From contig OZ316894.1 of the NCBI GenBank assembly GCA_973895155.1, forward strand, positions 6,410,234 through 6,474,233: 64,000 bases of DNA, in the 5' to 3' direction. Positions 12,589 to 23,809 of this stretch are shown here, one piece after another. The position numbers were made by a program, and so were the translations under genes. The notes beneath the pieces were generated by a model. It was not told the DNA's origin. It saw only the letters and a list, made by a program, of their open reading frames with translations, and ran no database searches. Each line of letters begins with the position of its first letter. The first letter of the stretch is position 1. Source of the DNA: Marsupella aquatica. Lineage: Eukaryota > Plantae > Marchantiophyta.

Positions 12589-15488
12589 TTAGCCGTTTCA
12601 TCCAATTGGTCTACATCCTTTACTTCCTCCGGAATTGCAGCTAAAAAGGTGGATTCTATTGTAAAGCAGTCCTCGACCTCTTCGTCTTCTTCTTCCAAGT
12701 CACCTTCCATTGGTTCTTGCCATAATCCGCTGGGGGGTACCTCTGGTCCAAAGACACCTTCTTCGGTTAGGTTAGTGAGGCATTCTAACCAACGTACTTC
12801 ATCGGCTGACTCCAGTCCACTATCGTACCCATCTACTTCCCTTATGCTTTTCCTACGGTCATCCTTAGTGTCCCAGGATACCGTGATAGAGGGGGTCCCG
12901 AAAGTGAACTGCTTTTTACCCCAATCTTCTATTACCTCGGCTAGGTACAGCCATGGCCTACCAATCAATAGCCGGAATGACGTAGGATTTACCGGCTTCA
13001 TTACTACATAGTTAATGCTAAAGAAGATACCTCCTATCTCTGTCTTGATGCCGGTTAACACTCCCGTCGGAATGACCTGATATCCATTGGCCATGTTCAA
13101 CACTCTTCCAGTCATCTCCGGTGTTAGACCCCACCCTTTTGCTGTTGAATCAATCATAATACATACCCCTGATCCTCCATCGATGGGTACCCGTAGTAAT
13201 AATTCTCCTTGAATCATTAATGGTAATGCTGGGGCTCCTTGATCTTCTTCTATCATTAGTACGTCGGATCTGGTTGCTACCTTGGGTAATCTCGGCTTGC
13301 CGAGAATAGCCTTCCTTAATTGCTTCCGGAAGTACGGGCTATTTTTCAATAGTTGACCTACTGTTGCCGAGACTCTAGATTCTAGTACATCTTTAGCCAG
13401 GTCATAGGGAACAATCGGCTTCTCTTCTGGTGGTGTTTCCGTCTTGGATTCGGCCAGTTTTGCCACGCTAGTCTCCACAGCTGTTGGGTCTTCCGAAGCA
13501 AACAATGCTTTTGCTCGTTTTACATCCTTGGCAATGGCTTCGGTATTCTCCAGGGTTTCTAATTCTCTTAGTTGTTCCTTAACACTAGCCGTAACAGAGG
13601 GGTAAAACAACTTAGGATGATCTCGATTGAAGTCGCTATCTTGTGAAGGATTGGTTTCACTAGTGGGCTCATGGCTTACCTGTATTGCCGGAGCCCTCCC
13701 TTCTCCTTCTGTTGATGTTGACGAAGAGTCGATCCTTTCCTCCGTAACCTTCCCTTTATTTTTGGCCAGCCCATCCCACCTTTCCTTCCTTCTGGTAGAT
13801 CGAGTAGAGACCCGGTAGCAATCATGATCTAAATCCTCCTCTGAGAAGGTTGATAGGGCTTCGGCCTCATCATCAGATGGTACGAACTCTGCCTCGGCAT
13901 CCTCTTGCCATCCTAGTTCGATGTGGTTGATTTGAACTCCTCCGGGGGTAGTACCTGGCGGTAAGATCTTGATCGGCAAAAGCTTATGATTTGCGGCCAG
14001 GCCTGCCAACCAAGTAGGACATTGCCCTAGCATATGACCTTCCTGTCGGCATCCCATACATAGCTGAGCTGGTTGTCCATCACCCTGTTTGCGTGCATTC
14101 GGGCATTCTCTAGCAAAATGGCCAGGTTGACCACAATTATAGCACGCCGCAAATCTTTGCACATTCGGCCTAGGAGGTACTGACGGGTTCTGAATAATCC
14201 GAGGATACATCTCTCCTGGATTGTTCCTTAACCCTGACCACAGAGATGCAGGTCTGTTGGATAGGTCTCGTGCTCCAATCTCACTGATGCCGAAAACACT
14301 ATCAGCGGCATCTCCTAAAAAGTACTCTACTTCTCCCTGACATGGTCTGATCTCGGCCACATGCCGAACATGATTAGTATTAAGCTTAGGACACGCATCT
14401 TTATGGTGTCCGGTTTTATAACATAAGGCACACCATACAGAGCTATCCTCCTGTACTACCTTCTTCTTTGGTTTTACCTCTGCAATGATAGCCTTAAGTT
14501 GCTCGGTAAGGGCTACGATGTTATCTGGTGGCTTAGCCTCCATCTTGACTTTCGTCTTCCCTCTCCTTCTGCCCTTCCTTTTCCTAGTTTTTTCTTCTTC
14601 AGAACTAGAAGATGACTCACTCTTGCTACTCCCACTATCCGAGCTTGACTTATCACTTCTAGACTTCTTGGGATGTTTCTTCTTCTTATCTTTTTTCTTA
14701 TGGGGTGATCCCTCCTCTGATGAGGAACTCTCAGACTTAAGCTGTTTCTTCCGGCTTGTGATATCTGCATTAATGTATAATTGAATATCCTTAATTGCTT
14801 CGGCTAAAGTCTCCGGGTTCTCCTTCCTAATTGCAAAACTCATCTTCTGTGGCAAAGCATTCACCAACCATTGAAGTTGCATACCTTCAGATGCATTGGT
14901 CTTTGTACGTCTTACCAGTTTCTGAAAGCGTTGCAAGAACTTCCTGAAGGATTTGTTCTCCTTGAACCGAAGTTGTCCCAACTTCAGCACTGCTAGTTCT
15001 GAAGTTCCAATGGGTCGAAACTCCTTAACAAAGAGTGTTTTGAAGATATCCCAGATGGCTTGATCTTCCACATCTAATGCTCTGTACCAAGGCCTAGCCT
15101 CACCCTTGAACAGGCCGGGAAGAATCTGCATCTTGATGGCCGATTCTCCATTTGCTGCAGCGGTTCCCTCGAAATCATCCAACCATTCGTCCGGATCCTC
15201 ATCTCCTCTCCCATGAAATGCCTTGTAATGTATGCGCGACCGCTAGCTCAATCTGGTCCCTGGCCTCTCGTCTGGCCGTGCCTCTGGTTCCCCCATGTCG
15301 GTTGGAGACTCACTTCTCCTTACCGACTCTTCTTCTGGTATGTCTTCTTCGACGCCACTTCCAGTTTCGGAGCTACCAGCTCTTTCTGCCCCTCTCAGTC
15401 GCTGTGTATCATGCCACCCGGCGAGCTGCTGCAGTCGAGCTCTCTCCCGTTGAATCACTCTTTCTTCCCTCGACATAAGGTCAGTCAT
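12495..15488 (-). pseudogene. gag: Element B gag-protease
   Basis: DPDEWLDDFE gag N-terminal domain, three CCHC knuckles (CALCYKTGHHKDAC, CYNCGQPGHFAREC, CMGCRQEGHMLGQC), protease IDGGSG and LIGRPWL. In-frame stop at 15243; in a different frame from pol. Confidence 0.92.
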
Positions 15489-15532
15489 TACCTACGCTTC
15501 CGTTCTAACTTCATATCTCACGGCTTAAGAAA

Positions 15533-15553
15533 TGCCCCCTCCATCTAGCGCCA
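15533..15553 (-). promoter_or_regulatory. Primer-binding site of element B
   Basis: TGGCGCTAGATGGAGGGGGCA just after the LTR end ..CACCACA; identical to the PBS of element A. Confidence 0.85.
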
Positions 15554-15557
15554 AAAA

Positions 15558-18500
15558 TGTGGTGCGTCCCATGGCTCCCTAAACCCAAGAAACCCCCCAG
15601 CTCAAGCCGATTCCCGCAGGTTTCGTGCTTGGCGAGGCCGTTTCCGCGGCTTAGCGGCATGGGACGCTGCTAACCTTCTACTACTACTATTAACATTTTA
15701 CACACATATACTGGACAGATCCTTCATCGGGTCATGAGATACATAGCCGGCCTAATATAGGCCTTCCCCTGTCTTCCCCTGTCTTCCCCTCCGTCTTGTT
15801 AGGTATGTTTGGATTCCGCTGCCGGAATGATCCCCAATAGGCTTGGTTAAGCCGTTAAGACCTCTCTCAGCTCGACACATCCAACTCTCACTCCCCTGCT
15901 TACTTTCCTTCCTTCTGTTGATGTGGGCACTCTTCACACAAGTTAATGCGACACACAAATAGCAAAATGACTCATTCTGACTGAGTCATACCATGCACTT
16001 GCCATACAAACAGTACATCTCATACACAAGTTCTGCGAACTAAGCCGTGAGGCCAACTCTATTCAGCTCTTAGGCATGAGGAAACATGAATATACACAAG
16101 GGTCACTGTATGACTAACCGAGAGCTTCTCGTACTACTTGATCCCAGCCCGGCTGGTGCAAACTAAAAACTTGCCATAGAAGAGGCCCTGAGCTCCCCGC
16201 TGCCCAGGTACTTATCCTGGTAGTGGATCCGCCATTCTTTGCATCGTAAGCCTAATCTACTTAACAGTAATCTACTTGCCCGAATCTACCTATGTACAGC
16301 AAGGCAGGAGCACAAGTGTTGCTCCTACCAGTGGGACCGCAATCCCACTAAGCTAAGTGTCAGGGCCGCTCCTGGTTCTGATCCTAATCCTAAACGTGGA
16401 GATCCGCGCCCGCCCTGCCCACTCACGCCTCCTCCCTCCACGTCCACCCTCCCTAAAAGGAACGGCGCCCTTGCACCGTCACGACACCGGTGGTGGATCC
16501 TTAATGGACGCCCCCAACGCTTCCTCCTCAGCCATTGCCGTAGGTTCATTCTCTGACAGATTACCTGCCCTTGACTGAGTCAACTCTCCATCGGCCTGAC
16601 TGGGTCCACCTTCGGCTTCAGCCTCGACACCGGCCTCGGCAATACCCACGGCTTCGGCCTCCCCTTCCCCTAGGGTAGTTGGATCCTTAGCCGTGACCCT
16701 GTCTGGGGTCGGTGCTGGGTCTACCTCCTTGATCACCACGGCCTGTGAAGTCGTATTACTCCTTGACCCTGAAGGTTTCCGCTTCTTCTTCGTTGGTGGC
16801 TCGGCAGCTGGTCCCTTCCCCTTCCCACTTACTTCCGGCACTGGTGCAGTTGGCGCGGCTTGTCCTTCGGCAATTACCACCCCTGGTAACTGGTTTGTCC
16901 CAACGGGAGATGGACCTGCTGCAGCTAAGCATTTAAATACTGCGGCTTGTTTCTTCAGCCGCTCTGTTTGGTTGTCGGCCCGCCGCTGTAGGTTCTCCAT
17001 CTTCCTCGTGATTTCCTCCAACTCCTCTTGGGTTTCATCCAGGTCCTTACGTGCCCCCTCCAGCTCGTTTTTGGCCTCCTCCTGCTCCCTGTGGGCTTCC
17101 TCCAATTCCTTCTTCAAGGTAGCCCTCTCCTCCTGGGTTGCTCTTAGCTCCTTGTCGAGCTCTGCAATGATGACAGACTCCATCTGGTTCATCTTGGCGT
17201 AAGTCTGTTCGAGCATCTCGTCCTTCTCCCTTAGGTCGGCCTTGAAGCTGGCCGTCAGGGACGCAAGCTCCTGCTGCAGCGCCATAATCCCTTGATAGGA
17301 TTTCCCTAACTCGACCTCCTTCTGCTCAAGGGCTCCGCGGATTTTCTCGAGCTCCCCTTTCAACGCCCATTCCTTTCTTTGGGTCTCCGCCATGGCCCGG
17401 CTGTTGGCTGTTATGTGGGCCTCCTCTGTATTCTTCAGCTCTTGCTTCCACTTCTCCCTCTCTTTGATCGTGTCGGCCAACTCTCCCTGCGTCTGAGTTA
17501 GTTTATCCTTGATATTCTGATTATCAGCCTGCGCGGTGTCCAACTGCCCCTGCATGATGTTCAGCTCATGTCGTTTAATCCGCAGTTCATCTTGGGCTTT
17601 CTTGGCCGCCCTTAGATCTTCAATCTCGGCTTCCATCCTCCTAAGCCGCCGAATGACCTCGTCCTTCTTGCTTCTCTCTAAAGCCACCGCTTCTTCTAAT
17701 TGGTGCTTCTCCAACTGCTCCCTATGGAAAAAGGGTCCTACCTCCAACTCCTCTCCAAAGATGCCGAGCGCAAGTTCCCCACACATCTCACCATACTCCA
17801 TGGCTCTATTCTTAGCGTAGGTGGAGTAAGTAGAAGTGATCGGCATCGCCCATCGTGGCCTCTGCTCCCAAGCCGTCCTGCGGATCTCTTCAATCGTGGC
17901 TAGAGGTTTGCTTCCTTTTTCGGCTAGCCGCCTGATGTCCTCCGGCCAATCTCCTCCTGGTAAATCCTTTTCCTTAGCCAGGGCGGCCTCTTCCTCCTGC
18001 TTGATTCGCTCCTGAAATTCCTGCACCGTCTGTTTTATGCCGTCGAAGCTCGGGGGAGCAACATCTGGTGGGGGAGACTCAGGGCTACTCTGCTGGTTGG
18101 GGTCCCCTCGCACTACCCTTGGAAGTGTGGGGACAAACCGGCCACAGGTCCTTACTCCTGGAACGTGATGGTCCGACCCATAGCCGGAATTATCATGGCT
18201 GCAGTCCTCCACTGCCTCCTCTACCTCTTGGACGTCCGGCTTCTCCCTCTCCTCTTCGTCGGTAGGAGCTTCAGGCAATTCTGCCTCAGATTCGGAGCTT
18301 GAGGTTCCCACGTACATTCGAACACCTGCCTTGGATTCCGGCCTGATTCTCTCCTTGTCTCTAGCAAAGGGGTTTTCTCTTGTGAGCCGGTGTAGGCCTA
18401 CCTCTGTAGTAGTGTCCTGCATTGTTGCCATTGCCGTTGTTGTTGCCGATGCCGATTTCTTTTCTTTCTCCAGTAGTTTCAGCAGACTCTGCATGCCTGG

Positions 18501-20169
18501 TTGCTGCATCGGCAAGTCTTCCTTCCTGGGCCTAAACACCTGCTCGATCGTAGGACTAACAGGTGGTTGAGGCTTCTCAGCCAACGGCCTTGGCGTTGGA
18601 GCTTCCTCGGGTGCCCTTACCTGCAGGGGAAGTACCGGGGCAAAAGTCTGACCTCTGGCATACCGGCACAACAGCGGCATGTGATAGCCAAGCCGCGACA
18701 CGCTCCCCATGCCGATTACCTGCTGCTCCTCCTTTAAGATCTTCTTCAATTGGTTGAGGAGGTACCCGTTGTAGTCCCGGCTTGGGTCTGGCCTTTCTGC
18801 CAGATAGACCTGTGCCTTGCCGATCTCTGCCCTCGGCAAGTTACAATGCATGGTCACCCGCAAGAAGTCGATCATCTCTCCTATGTGCGGGTTGGTGCAG
18901 GTGTTCTGGAAGAAGCCATTCTTCGTTGATGGCCCGGGGAACGACCGGAACTCCTTGTCAGGCAAGGTCTTCCTGGTATCAACTTTGGTCTTATTGCCTA
19001 TCGGCAAGCCAAACACTTCGGCAATTACCTTGGGAGTAAGATAGAAATCCTTCCCATATATCCTCGTGCAATTGGTCTCGGGTTCCCATGACCCCACGAA
19101 TTCTAATAGGTCTGACTCCGGTACCTCCGGCTTCAGCCATGGTAATCTTACAAAGGCCTCCAAGCCGGATCCGGCCATGAAGCCTTGGTACTTCTTGGTC
19201 TGCATGGCCGTAAAGCATGCATCCTCCTCCCGTGCAAAATGTAGTTGCACCTCCACCGGTAGGGTTGCCGCCCAGCCCTTCCAGGTGTCATCCCTGGTTG
19301 GAATGGCCTTGATGGGATCGACCTCCTCCTCTTCGGCTTCTCCCTGCCTCCTGCTCTGCTGCTCGGCTGGCCTCTTTGGTGCCGCCGACCTCGTTCTTTT
19401 TGCCGGGGTGGCTTCATCGTTGACGGCCCCCTTCCTCTTCATCTCTGCTGCCGTGGAGGTTTCTCCTAGCACCGTTGCCTGGGTCCACCTTTCCGTGCTA
19501 CCCTTTAATTCCTAGTGTATGTCGTTGCAGTTCTTGATGGCCTCTCGGATGCCGACGACGCTGTCTTTGCAAAACAGAAGATCGTCGAGTTGATTGGAAG
19601 TAGGCGTCCACAGGAACTCGTCCTTGATGAGTTCGCCTCCTAAGAAAGCCGTCTTCTGCAGCTCCCACAATCGAGCGAGCTCCTGCCGTTCTCGAGCTGC
19701 CCTTTCTGACTCCTCGTCCTCGTAAGTCTTGATGTACTCAGTTGCCCGTTCGAACAGGCATCCCCAGAAATGTGCCGCTTGATTGACGTTGCTCATACCC
19801 TCCTTAGGTCGATCGTCGGTATCTATTCTCTCCCCGAGTGCTTGCCTAAGCAGCTGACAGTAGTTGGCCTCCCATAGTCGTCTGCCTAGTTCGTGCTCGC
19901 AAATGAGCCACCATCTCCTGCAAGCGCTCCTTACCCCTCTCCTCTGCCGGTCCTTCTTCCCGTTGATCCTTCCTAGCCGCCGATGCTTAACGCGCCCTAA
20001 CCCTAATCGGGTTTTCACCCTCAGCCTTACCTCCGGCCTCTGCCCGGGTTCCATGGTTGCCCCTAATTGTTTATATTTTCCTTGTTTTGTCCCTATACTA
20101 AGGTGTTCCTAGGGTGCCTTCCTGCTTTACCCACTTAACCGGCCGAGTGATTCCTGTCTAGGCATCACA
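15558..20169 (-). repeat. 5' LTR of element B (4612 bp)
   Basis: Runs from the TSD-flanked terminus TGTGATGC to GCACCACA (7/8 inverted match), immediately before the PBS. Confidence 0.88.
16479..20054 (-). pseudogene. LTR-encoded ORF of element B, full-length copy (1191 codons, one premature stop)
   Basis: ORFs 19512-20054 and 16479-19472 are in the same frame. TAG at 19512-19514 corresponds to TGG at 6590-6592 in the other copy. Confidence 0.85.
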
Positions 20170-22416
20170 CGCTCTCCACATGATGGAACCCCGGGGGGAG
20201 ATCTCCGCCGCCCAGGTCATCCAGGTCGAGAACTATCGACCTAGGAAATGGGCGTCGTACTTCGCTAAGAAATTCCATGAAGAGATGGAGCGGCGAAGGA
20301 AGACGCTGTACATTGGCGGGAAGGCGTATTTGGCTAGCCACATCGAAATCATTCTTGAGTGGTACGCCCGGTTTGATCGACGAACCCTTCCCCGCATCAA
20401 CGTTACAAAGCTGGTCCCAGCTAGGTGGGTTTTTCCGGCATTGGAGAGACGGCCCCAACCCGAGGCCTGAAGTCCAGTGGACACGCCAGCTTCACCCACC
20501 CCACCTCCACAAATAGCTGTAATCGTAACCGAGGAGGCGCCGGAGGGGTCGGTCGTCGCAACCGTTGCTGCGACCCAACTAGCCGGGCTAAGTACAGAAG
20601 TTGGTACGGCAGAGGTCTTACCCGAACCCGGGTCTCCCAAGGACCCGCCGGTGGCAATTCTGGAGAACCGGACATCGCTGCAGGAGGACACTCCAGCCCC
20701 TTCCAACGTTATGTCCCCAGGGCTGGACGTCACTGCCCCGGCCCCTGCGCGTGTTGATGTCTGCCCGTGCCCAAATCCGGACAGGCACAACTTGGACCAC
20801 CCGAAACTCTTCGTACAGGGTACGTTTCTGAACGGGCTTCTGGGAGATTTCTCTCATCAAATTGCCCGGGATACCGGGGAGTTCATGCCCCGGAAGGTAG
20901 CCTGTTTCTTCAATCAGGAGTTGGTTGCCGCCGTAAAGGCAGGTCGGGCCCAGTCGGAGGCCCTTCAGAGGATAGAGCGGTACCGGGTGGAGTCCGTGTA
21001 CCTAAAGAACGAAGTGGCGGCTCAAGAGGCTGAGCTTCTGTAACTACGACCCAAGGTTGCAGCCGCCGATGAGTTGTTAGCAAAGGCGTATGCTCTTACC
21101 GCCCTAGCCGAACAGGCCAAAGCTGGGAACGAGGCCGAGATTACACGACTCCGGAACCAGATTGACAGTTTGAAGAAACAAGCTGTCACCTGGCAGAAAG
21201 ACCTGGAGGAGGCCGAGGAGCGAGCCCAGCGGGACGCGACGGAGATAGCCACGCTGCAGGCCGAGATGGCGCGGCTCCAAACCGAGGCCGAGAAGCAGGA
21301 CCAGCTGGCGAGTAAACTGACGAGCGACGCCCAGCAGCTGGAGGAGGCATGTCAGGAGGCAGCAGAGGAGACGGACGCGGCGAGGCGAGAGAACGAATCT
21401 CTGCTAGACCAGGTCCAGCTCCTCAAAGCAGACAATGATAGGCTTCGAAGGCAGCGGGATGGCCGTTCCCATTCAGGCGGCTCTGGCAAGCGTGCCAGGC
21501 ATTAGCGGCGGAGTAGGAATAGATTAGGATTAGGATTGGCTTAGTTAGGCTCTTGGGACAGGCACCTGCCTTAGGTACAGCAGCGCTGCCCTGCTGTCCA
21601 GCCTGCGTAGAGTAGGATCTTCTAATAAGACACAGCCGTTTTCCGGCCTGACTGTCAGCTTAGTTAGGACCTTGGTCAGCGAATCTTCGGCGGGAGGACA
21701 CCCTGTTCCTCGGCTCTTAGTATTTAGTGCACCCCTCGGTAGAGGCAAGGGGGGGTTTTTAGTTTCAGAGTCGGACATCCGCGGGACATGCGGGGAGTCC
21801 CGACCTCTGGGAATGACAAAGTACCAATGGGAGGGGGTAGGACTAAGCTCGCCGGGCGAGTGCGGAGCCGGGCTCCGTTGTAGTGTGCACCCTTGGCCTT
21901 GAACCTGTGCATTCCAGGGCTGTCGTGTCAACTAAGTGTACGCATATGTTCCCTTTGTAGTAAAATCCTTTCCCATCATTTTTCCTTCATGTAAATCGAG
22001 ATTGTATGCATGTGTGCGCATATGTGTGTGGGTTTCTCGTATATGGGTGGCAGCGCCGGGCCGAACGCACTACCCGAGACGTGCACAGGGTGCAGCCTGC
22101 GGGTAAGTGGTTGCGAGCACGGGTTGAGGACCTGTATCATCGAATCCGGATCGAAGGCGGATAGCACGAAGGCTTAGAAGCCCTTAAGCCGGGGTCGATC
22201 CTGCTATCGACTAAGGTACGTTCCGGCGGCGGAACACAAACCATACCTAGGAGGTGTCTGTATTTAGCAGTATGCGCACTTAGCGCTAGTTTACGAGAAT
22301 AAGGTGCATTACGTGCTTCCCTTCCTGCCCGAACCCTCAGATTTACGAGGGATGTGCCCGTCTAAGCTGAAGTCTGAGTTAAGGCCGAAGCCTACGACGT
22401 GACATAGCCTTTGTTT

Positions 22417-22437
22417 TGGCGCTAGATGGAGGGGGCA
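22417..22437 (+). promoter_or_regulatory. Primer-binding site of element A
   Basis: TGGCGCTAGATGGAGGGGGCA, 12 bp after the LTR end. Confidence 0.85.
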
Positions 22438-22527
22438 CTCTACATATCGTAGAGGGGAGACATGTGCGTATTCACCTAGGCAGGATACATCAGGACGTAG
22501 TACTAACCATTGCATTTATATGAGTAA

Positions 22528-23769
22528 ATGCCCGTCACTCGTTCTCAAGCAGCTTACTTGAGGAGATTGACCAGCGAACGAGAAAGTGCAACCACAACAA
22601 GCTCCGACTCGTCGGGCTCGGAGGACTCGCAATCGTCCCGACGTATGAACATACCCCCGGGATCTTCGGGGTCCGGTTCGACCGGCCCTGCTGCGGTTCC
22701 ACCACCACCACCACCACCACCACCACCTATGGCAGCCGCTCCACCGGTGGCCCGCGCTGCTCAGGCGCCTCCACAAATATCGCAACGATCGCGATTTCAT
22801 TATCGACCTTTCAAAGGGCGTCATGGGGATGATCCGGATGAATGGTTGGATGAGTTTGAAGCCACTGCTAAAGCTAATGGGGAAGACGCCATTAAGCTAA
22901 CCGTCCTCCCGGGAGTAATGCGGGGAGAAGCTCGTCCATGGTATAACTCGTTACCACCCGGGACTACCTGGGCACAATTCCAAGCTGCATTGTTGCAGGA
23001 GTTTCGTGCCATTGGATCAGAATAGCGTTCTCTATTAAAGATTGGCCAGCTTCGCATGGGAAAAAAAGAGTCCCTGCGGAAGTTCATTCAGAAGTTTCAG
23101 AAACTTGCGGCCAAGATCCGGCCCAGGCCAGGAGACGCGCTCCAGCTTACATGGTTCCTTCATGGTTTGCCCACGAATATGCAATTCTGGGTACGCCAGA
23201 ATAATCCAATTTCAATGCAGGCGGCCATAGCGTGCGCCGAAACTTACCGGGAGTCCACCTATAACTCCCGGCGGAGCCAGCGAGCACGCCGCATGAAGGG
23301 TAAGTACGAAACCTTCAGTGACAGTGACTCCGAATTGGACGACGAGAGGAAGAAGAAACGCAAGAAGAAGAAGAAACATCGTTCGACCTCGTCCAGCTCC
23401 GAGACGGAATCCAGTTTGGATTCAGCTTCAAGCATCGGATCCTCTACCTCCAGTTCATCAGGAAGTGACTTGGAGAGCGAAAGCCGGAGAAAAAAGAAGA
23501 AGAGACGAGTGAAGAAGGAGGGGAAGATTAAACCCCAGGCGCGAAGAACGATACCAGATCCAAAGGCTGCCGAAGCAGACAAGCTGAACGAAATCACGGA
23601 TCGACTCAAAGCACTGTCAGTACATCTTGCGGAGAAGCCGGTGGAAAAGAAGAAGCCATCTGAGATTCGAGCCCATGCGTGGTGTTCAAAGTGCTTCCAA
23701 TCCGGCCATGTGGTGCAGGAATGCCCAAGGTGGAAGAACCGAGTTCACCAAGTAGAGCTGGATAACTGA
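22528..23769 (+). pseudogene. gag: Element A gag, truncated after the first zinc knuckle
   Basis: MPVTRSQ start, DDPDEWLDEFE, CSKCFQSGHVVQEC; in-frame TAG at 23023; homologous to element B gag. Confidence 0.9.
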
Positions 23770-23809
23770 TAATCAAAATTGAATATATACATAGGTTTTC
23801 ATTACATAC

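Larger units (their letters stand above)
5935..20169 (-). mobile_element. Gypsy LTR retrotransposon B with inverted terminal repeats
   Basis: Termini TGTGATGCC...GGCATCACA; 5-bp TSD CGCTC at 5930-5934 and 20170-20174; gag-PR-RT-RH-INT order on the minus strand. Confidence 0.95.
4623..21505 (+). pseudogene. LTR-encoded ORF of element A (~880 codons; PMD/plant-transposon-like domain plus C-terminal coiled coil), split by element B
   Basis: 4623-5934 joins 20175-21505 in frame (..YAL|HMMEP..). In-frame stops at 20468 and 21041. The motif LRGRNMSLTEERLKMIFGLPEG is homologous to the LTR ORF of element B. Confidence 0.8.
4157..23767 (+). mobile_element. Gypsy LTR retrotransposon A (5' LTR, PBS, gag; 3'-truncated), inserted in a TnpA intron
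   Basis: The LTR begins TGTGACGCCG (4157) and ends CGACGTGACA (22404), an 8/10 inverted match. PBS at 22417, gag at 22528. Sequence reverts to AT-rich intron at ~23768 with no pol or 3' LTR. Confidence 0.85.

Noticed and set aside
5935-20169. DIRS, Polinton or DNA-transposon identity for the element with inverted termini
   Set aside because: It encodes a DDE integrase in Gypsy order with a tRNA-type PBS, TG..CA ends and a 5-bp TSD; no tyrosine recombinase, polB or transposase.
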